A DNA stretch of 64,000 bases from Candidatus Binatia bacterium (GTDB taxonomy: Bacteria > Desulfobacterota > Binatia > HRBIN30). Within the stretch, counting starts at the first letter, position 1; every line of letters starts with the position of its first letter. This document shows, piece by piece, positions 58,449 through 64,000 of this stretch. Where the stretch lies: NCBI GenBank assembly GCA_038245295.1, contig JBBRSP010000007.1, forward strand, positions 155,185 through 219,184, read 5' to 3'. Position numbers and translations under genes: made by a program. The notes beneath the pieces are model-generated. The model saw only the letters and a program-made list of their open reading frames with translations. It was not told the DNA's origin and searched no databases.

Positions 58449-59537
58449 TCAGTCAATTGTAGCGTCGGTTCGAGGCCCCTCGACATTCGCCGCTAGGCGA
58501 CGTTTTCGCAGCTCCGGATTCCCCAGCTGCCCACACGCGCCCATCAGGTCACGGCCCTGCGTGATGCGGCGCTTCACGAAGATGCCGCGTTCGCGCAGGC
58601 GCAAGAAGAAAGCGTAGATGGTCTCTTCGGACGGCGTTGCATACGGCGAGTTGCTCTGCGGGTTGTAGGGGATGAGATTCACGACACAGCGCAGCGGTTT
58701 GCACCACTCCGCCACCTGATCGGCGTGCTCTAGCGCCGAATTAACACCATCGATCAGGACATACTCGATCAGGAAAACGTCGCGCTTGCGGAAGGGGTGC
58801 TCGATGAGCGCGCGCTGCAGCTCGGCGAGCGGCATGCCCTTGTTGATCGGCACCAGTTGATCGCGCAGCTCGTCGTTCGGGGCGTTGAGTGACACCGCCA
58901 GCCTGAGATTCAGCCACTGGGTCTCGCCGGCCTGAATACGTGCCGCCAGGGCGCGCAGGCCATCGATGCGGCCGACGGTGGAGAGAGTGATCTGCGATAG
59001 CGGGAACGAGATGCCGCGCGGATCACTCAAAACCCGCAAGGCCTGCAACACGTTATCGAGGTTGTCGAACGGCTCACCCATACCCATCAAGACCATGTTG
59101 TGGATGCCATCCCAGTCGTAGACGTAGGGAGCGCTCGAACCCTCGGGGGCAATGACTTGGCGGGCCGCCAGGCGTTGCAAGACAATCTCCTGCGGCTCGA
59201 GGTTGCGCAGCAGACCCATACGACCGGTTTCGCAGAACGTGCAGCCCATACGGCAGCCGACCTGCGACGACACACACAACGTGTTCCACGAGGCGCCACG
59301 GTGGCTGCGCATCGGGATGATGACTGATTCGGTTTCCAACGCCCCCGGCCCGACATTGAGGCAAAACTTCGTGACACCGCCATCCCCCAACGCCCGCACC
59401 GGAGTGGAGAGTGGCGGTGGCGTGTCGCGCATCAATGCCGCGTACTCGCGGCGCTGCCGCACCTGATCACCGGCCCGCCCGACGCAGAATTCGGCGAAGG
59501 TCATGGCGAACTCGCGGCTGTCGGAGACTGGCTGCAT
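58449..59537 (-). CDS. rlmN: 23S rRNA (adenine2503-C2)-methyltransferase RlmN (radical SAM)
   Basis: CxxxCxxC (GCRMGCTFCETG), MGMGEPFDN, and a C-terminal Cys (MGACGQL). Confidence 0.85.
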   Translation of the reverse strand: MQPVSDSREFAMTFAEFCVGRAGDQVRQRREYAALMRDTPPPLSTPVRALGDGGVTKFCLNVGPGALETESVIIPMRSHRGASWNTLCVSSQVGCRMGCTFCETGRMGLLRNLEPQEIVLQRLAARQVIAPEGSSAPYVYDWDGIHNMVLMGMGEPFDNLDNVLQALRVLSDPRGISFPLSQITLSTVGRIDGLRALAARIQAGETQWLNLRLAVSLNAPNDELRDQLVPINKGMPLAELQRALIEHPFRKRDVFLIEYVLIDGVNSALEHADQVAEWCKPLRCVVNLIPYNPQSNSPYATPSEETIYAFFLRLRERGIFVKRRITQGRDLMGACGQLGNPELRKRRLAANVEGPRTDATID

Positions 59538-59610
59538 CGGCGCAGGTCCTTAGCACAATCGTGGCGCCCGGCACCGGCGGGAGACGAAAACGACAGCAAC
59601 ATCCACAACG

Positions 59611-59645
59611 ACCAATGGCCCAAATGACCAAACGGCTAAATGCGA
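59611..59645. repeat. Octamer repeat array (CCAATGGCCCAAATGACCAAACGGCTAAATGCG) abutting the MATE-gene stop, upstream of rlmN
   Basis: CAAATGRC family, read directly. Confidence 0.45.
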
Positions 59646-61006
59646 ATGCTCCTCCACGCACCGCCCTGGAAACGCCACCATTGCACAGCGTTCAGCACCA
59701 ACAGGTATCCCAGCTCGCCGAACCAGGCACCGGTGACACCACGCTGCAAGGTGATCGCCATGACGTAGACGAGCGGAATGCGTAGGAACCACGCGAGCAG
59801 CGTCTGCGCCACGAATGGGAAGCGCGTATCCCCGGCGCCGCGCAGGGAACCGCCGACGATGATACCGACGACGTCGATCACCTGGAACAACGCCCCGAGG
59901 GCAAGCAGGGGCCGGCCGAGCGCCAAGACTCGTTCGTCGGAGGTGAAGATCTGCAGCAACGTCTCCGGAATCGCCAGGAACAGCACGGCAACGGCGCACG
60001 ACAAGCCGAGTCCGAGCTTCAGCGCCGAGCGATGGGTGCGCACCGCCGCATCGAGATCACGGGCGCCGATGTAGCGCCCAACCAGAGCTCCCGACGCAAT
60101 CGACAGACCGTAGGCTTGCATGAAAGCGATCGACAGCAGCTGGATCATCGCCTGGTTCGCCGCCATCGACACTTCGCCCATGCGCGCGATGATCGTCGAG
60201 AAGATGGCAAACGATGTCATGTCGAGAACCCATTGGCCGCCCACCGGCACGCTGGTCCAGGCAAAACGCCGCATGTCACGAAACGACGGTCGACACGGCG
60301 CCGTGCCAAACTGCCGGCGCATGTGACGGCGCAGGACAAGCGTCGCGACGACGAAGCAGTAACTCCAGTTGGCCAACGCCGTGGCGATACCAGCGCCGAA
60401 CATACCCAAAGCCGGGAAGCCGAAGCGTCCGAACACGAGGGTATAGGCAAGAACGAAGTTTACGACGTTGGCAAAGATGGTCACCAGCATCGGCGTGCGC
60501 GTGTCGCCCAGGCCACGCAAGAAAGCCGAGGCAACAACCGCGATAATCAATGCGGGCGTTCCACACAGACGACCGTGAGCATAGTCACTCGCCATGTGGC
60601 TCATCTCCGGCGAAGCACCGAGCCGCAGCAACAGGGGTTCGAACGACAAGCCGACGAGCACAGCCCACACCGTAGCCACGGGCACGAGGGCATAACCGGC
60701 TTGCCACATCCAGCGACCAGCCTCTTTGGGTTTGCCGGCGCCGTGCGCTTGCGACACGAAGGTGGAAACCCCGGAGCCAATGCCGACGAAGGCGCACACC
60801 AGGGTCCACACCCATACACCGCCAAAGCCGATGGCACCGAGTTGCATGACGCCGAGGCGCCCGACGATGGCCGCGTCGACCATCTGCATCATCGAATCGG
60901 AAAGGAATTGCAGGACCGCAGGACCCGCCATACGTGCGACTTCGGCGATGTTGCCGCGCTCGCTCCGCGTATGCGGGATGGTCACTGCGTCCACTGAATA
61001 CGACAT
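59636..61006 (-). CDS. MATE-family efflux transporter
   Basis: 456 aa, 12 TM segments and a bilobed MATE repeat (QAHGAGKPKEAGRW; RGAGDTRFP). Confidence 0.85.
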   Translation of the reverse strand: MSYSVDAVTIPHTRSERGNIAEVARMAGPAVLQFLSDSMMQMVDAAIVGRLGVMQLGAIGFGGVWVWTLVCAFVGIGSGVSTFVSQAHGAGKPKEAGRWMWQAGYALVPVATVWAVLVGLSFEPLLLRLGASPEMSHMASDYAHGRLCGTPALIIAVVASAFLRGLGDTRTPMLVTIFANVVNFVLAYTLVFGRFGFPALGMFGAGIATALANWSYCFVVATLVLRRHMRRQFGTAPCRPSFRDMRRFAWTSVPVGGQWVLDMTSFAIFSTIIARMGEVSMAANQAMIQLLSIAFMQAYGLSIASGALVGRYIGARDLDAAVRTHRSALKLGLGLSCAVAVLFLAIPETLLQIFTSDERVLALGRPLLALGALFQVIDVVGIIVGGSLRGAGDTRFPFVAQTLLAWFLRIPLVYVMAITLQRGVTGAWFGELGYLLVLNAVQWWRFQGGAWRSIRI

Positions 61007-61335
61007 ATCCTGTACTCCCGAAAAGCCGAAGGCCGCCGACGCATCACGCGCCCGCGGCCTTCCGCTCAGGGTCTCTGCCAGCTTGTCGACGTCAGTCGAG
61101 GCGAGCGCGTGCGAAATGAAATACGAGTCCGACGTTGCCGCCCGATTCGCCTTCTCGATTGATCTGATTCATCCGCACTCATGCACCTCGTTTTCGGTAG
61201 GACCCGCGCTAGCTACCACACTCCGCGGCGCCGCCTCAACAAACGGAGATTCCTCGATCGTCGAGTGGCTCGACGTCTGGATGGGGCTAAACCCAGGCTA
61301 AACCCTAACACACTGTTCCGCTGTCTCGTTGATCC

Positions 61336-62202
61336 TCATCCATTCCGCGCCGTCACCACCCACGTCGCCGCCGGCATCTTCACGCCCCCCTCGGCCTGAT
61401 ACGGTACCAACGCTTCGCGAACTGATTTCTCGACGGCGGAACGCAGACTCGGATCGGCCTCGCGTAGGGCGCGTCCAGCGGGTCCGATCTGCAGCATGAA
61501 AGCAACAGCCTGGTCCAGCGTCGCCTTGTCGCCGCCGATCGCGATGTTCGCCAGGTGCGGCTCGCAGACGATATCACCGAAGCCGGCATCGCCGAGAATC
61601 GTACGCACACGCTCCGTATCGGCAAAGGCGAAGGGGCCTGGGGCTCCAGGCTCAGGCAGAGGTGGGGGCGGTAGATGCTGCAGCACCGCCATCATCGGCA
61701 CGAACATCCAGGGGTTCTCCGGCAATGCCTGCCAGCAGACAAAGGCGAGGCGACCCTGGGGTTTCATGGCGCGACGCAGGTTGGTGAACGCCGCCGTCGA
61801 GTCGGCGAAGAACATCACCCCGAAACGCGAGAACAGAACATCAAACGTGCGGGCACCGAAATCGTGGGTCTGCGCGTCGGCGTTGGCGAACGACACATTA
61901 GTCGCGCCAGCCGCCGTCGCGTTGCGGCGTGCCTGCGCCAACATGACGGTTGAGATGTCGATACCCGTAACCGCACCGGGCGCAACCCGTCGCGCCAGCT
62001 CGAGGCTGGTGTCCCCGCAACCGCAGCCGACATCGAGCACGTTGTCACCGCTGCGTAGACCGGCACGCTCCATCGCCGCGAGCCCGAGCGGCCGGATCAT
62101 GGCGTCGGTCAGTTGCTGCCCGGCCACCCAGGCCGGCCCCGATTGTGCGTTCCAATACTCGATCTGTTCGGCGTTCGGTCCTTCAGCGGCAAGTGCGGTC
62201 AT
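61336..62202 (-). CDS. Class I SAM-dependent methyltransferase
   Basis: Motif I VLDVGCGCGDTS. GAGGAGG Shine-Dalgarno. Start confirmed at 62200-62202. Confidence 0.75.
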   Translation of the reverse strand: MTALAAEGPNAEQIEYWNAQSGPAWVAGQQLTDAMIRPLGLAAMERAGLRSGDNVLDVGCGCGDTSLELARRVAPGAVTGIDISTVMLAQARRNATAAGATNVSFANADAQTHDFGARTFDVLFSRFGVMFFADSTAAFTNLRRAMKPQGRLAFVCWQALPENPWMFVPMMAVLQHLPPPPLPEPGAPGPFAFADTERVRTILGDAGFGDIVCEPHLANIAIGGDKATLDQAVAFMLQIGPAGRALREADPSLRSAVEKSVREALVPYQAEGGVKMPAATWVVTARNG

Positions 62203-62218
62203 AGATCCTCCTAGGGTT

Positions 62219-63112
62219 TCAATGCAGCCTGAACTCTTCCGAACATTCGTCGCCCGGGTCAACTTGCACCGTCGTATGGGAAATGCCGAAACGATCACGC
62301 AGGCGCGACTGCGCCGAATCGAGCACGCCGCCAGCTTCTTCCGAAGAGTCGACCACGAGATGTACGCTGAGCTGATGTTTGCCCGACGTCATGGTCCAGA
62401 TGTGCAGATCATGCACCTGCCGCACACCGCCAATATCGAGAAGGCAACGCTCCACGTCGGGTAAGTTGATATCGCGCGGCACGCCTTGCATGAGGATGTC
62501 GACCGATTCGCGGATGACGCCCCAGGAGCTGTAGAGGATCAGCGCGCCGATGACGACGCTGACCAGCGGATCGGCGATGTACGAGCCCGTCGTCAGCATG
62601 ACGACACCGGCAATCAGGGCGCCGACCGAGCCAAGGGTGTCGCCGAGCACATGTACAAACGCCGCTCGGACGTTGAGACTCTCCGACTTCGAACGACCGA
62701 GCACAGTCAGGCTAATCAGGTTGACGCCGAGTCCGGCGGCGGCGATTCCCAACATGCCGGAGGCATTCACAACCTGAGGGGTGAAGAGTCGCTGATACGC
62801 CTCGCTCCAAATCAGTCCCACAACGAGCCATAAGAGCAGGCCATTGACGAAGGCGGCCAAAATCTCGCCGCGATGGTAGCCAAACGTTTTGAACTCCGAG
62901 GGTGGCCGTTGCGCCAAACGCGCCGCGAACAGGCCGACGCCCAATGCTCCGACATCGGCGAGCATATGTCCGGCATCCGACAGCAGAGCCAGGCTGTTGG
63001 TCAGCCACCCGCCGATGAACTCAACGACGCAGAACATCGCCGTTGCGGCGAACGGAATGGCCAGGTGGTTGGTCGACGCGGCGCGAGGAGGATGATGATG
63101 ATCGTGTGCCAC
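62219..63112 (-). CDS. Cation diffusion facilitator (CDF) family metal exporter
   Basis: His-rich N-terminus (AHDHHHPP), motif SLALLSDAGHMLAD, a 6-TM core and a C-terminal cytoplasmic domain. The GTG start at 63112 is preferred. Confidence 0.8.
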   Translation of the reverse strand: MAHDHHHPPRAASTNHLAIPFAATAMFCVVEFIGGWLTNSLALLSDAGHMLADVGALGVGLFAARLAQRPPSEFKTFGYHRGEILAAFVNGLLLWLVVGLIWSEAYQRLFTPQVVNASGMLGIAAAGLGVNLISLTVLGRSKSESLNVRAAFVHVLGDTLGSVGALIAGVVMLTTGSYIADPLVSVVIGALILYSSWGVIRESVDILMQGVPRDINLPDVERCLLDIGGVRQVHDLHIWTMTSGKHQLSVHLVVDSSEEAGGVLDSAQSRLRDRFGISHTTVQVDPGDECSEEFRLH

Positions 63113-63123
63113 GCAAATGCCCG

Positions 63124-63462
63124 CTAGTGCTTGCCTTCTTTTAGTTGCGCCTTCCAGTCGAGGATGCGCGCCTTGGCGGCCCAGCCCTCGGCGTCCGGAA
63201 CGTTGCCCGAACGCTGATAGATGCGTGAAATGTTGGTGTAGGCCAGCTGTTCGTCCGGGGTGATCTCGACAACTTTCTTGGCGGCGGCGATGGCGTCGTC
63301 CCAGTTTTCCTGATCGGCCAACGCCATCGATAAACCTTCCCAAGCATCGGCGAACTGCGGATCGAGCTCCAGGGCGGCGCGATACTTGGCGATCGCCGCG
63401 TCGAGGTCACCGTCAGCGACATAGTCAACGGCTTCGTTAAAGAGATCTTCGCTGCTCGGCAT
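63124..63462 (-). CDS. Tetratricopeptide-repeat protein
   Basis: 112 aa with three TPR-like helices (AIAKYRAALELDPQFADAWEGL...). Confidence 0.7.
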   Translation of the reverse strand: MPSSEDLFNEAVDYVADGDLDAAIAKYRAALELDPQFADAWEGLSMALADQENWDDAIAAAKKVVEITPDEQLAYTNISRIYQRSGNVPDAEGWAAKARILDWKAQLKEGKH

Positions 63463-63576
63463 CTCGCTTACTCCTATCTAAGCCACCCCTGTCGCTCAAC
63501 GGCGTTGTTGCCGCAAGCTCAGGCTGCTAGCTGCGTCGGTTGCACCATGGCTTGTCCGGGTGCCACAGCGATCCCT

Positions 63577-64000
63577 ATGGCTCTGCCGCAACACGATCAA
63601 CTACACGCCTTGACGGCGCTCAATGGAGCGCTGGCGCGATCCGCGCGGGCGGACGTCGGCAAGCCGTGGCGCATCCAGGGTCTGCAGGGTGGAGGGCGCG
63701 CCTACTTCTTGTGGCGCACGCTCACGGCGGCGCCGCGACCGACGCTGATTGTCTGTCCGACCTCCAAAGAGGCCGAAACCCTGGTCGAGGATCTGCGCTC
63801 GTTCTTCGAAGAAAACGACAGCGCGTCGCTCTTGCACCGTCGCATTCACTACTTCCCGGCATGGGACGTGGCCCCGTTCGAGGATCTATCGCCAACCCCC
63901 GATATTGCCGCCGCGCGCGTCGAGGGTCTCTACCACCTGCAGCAAACCCAGAACCCGATCGTCGTCACCACCGCCGAGGCACTGCTGCAACGGGTACCGC
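63577..64000 (+). CDS. mfd: Transcription-repair coupling factor Mfd, N-terminal fragment that continues beyond the window
   Basis: The Mfd N-domain pattern (LIVCPTSKEAETLVEDLRSFF...FPAWDVAPFEDLSPTPDIAAARVEGLYHL...IVVTTAEALLQRVP) aligns with the UvrB-homology module of Mfd. Confidence 0.75.
   Translation, partial: MALPQHDQLHALTALNGALARSARADVGKPWRIQGLQGGGRAYFLWRTLTAAPRPTLIVCPTSKEAETLVEDLRSFFEENDSASLLHRRIHYFPAWDVAPFEDLSPTPDIAAARVEGLYHLQQTQNPIVVTTAEALLQRVP

Noticed and set aside
58455-58500. GGTTCGAGG T-loop-like string, a possible tRNA
   Set aside because: The flanks cannot form acceptor, D or anticodon arms. No other tRNA-like cloverleaf was found anywhere in the window.

Overview
High-GC (~65%) bacterial chromosomal window, densely coding on both strands with many 4-nt ATGA overlaps. 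Most genes are housekeeping or metabolic: bioF-bioA-bioD, larC, efp, rnr, grx, mazG, murJ, pyrF, plsC-like, def, aspS, hisS, rpmB, a MacAB-TolC-type efflux operon, rfaE domain II, pgi, mutL, rlmN, a MATE exporter, a CDF exporter and the start of mfd. Accessory content includes a GH5 lipoprotein, a GH29 fucosidase, a PhoD-like phosphatase, a B12 radical-SAM HpnJ-like gene, an ArsR-centred stress cluster, and a short exosortase-like membrane gene pair followed by a HAD phosphatase.

Four things stand out. (1) A 1090-aa secreted modular protein (42855..46127) made of three novel about 40-aa Cys-rich 'DCCQ[CF]' modules, very long Pro/Thr linkers, two unassigned globular domains and a canonical C-terminal type-I dockerin. 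(2) A family of tandem octamer repeats (unit about CAAATGGC, 3-7 copies per array) sitting right next to start or stop codons at five or more loci; one locus forms an inverted pair of arrays about 220 bp long between the response-regulator stop and the murJ start. (3) A PhoD gene whose Tat-like signal peptide is encoded in frame upstream of the first canonical start codon and overlaps the def stop. (4) An FMN reductase gene interrupted by a 1-nt frameshift.

There are also several REP- or MITE-like inverted-repeat elements and structured intergenic regions. No rRNA, tRNA, CRISPR array or transposase was found. Coordinates derived by hand may be off by 1-2 nt.
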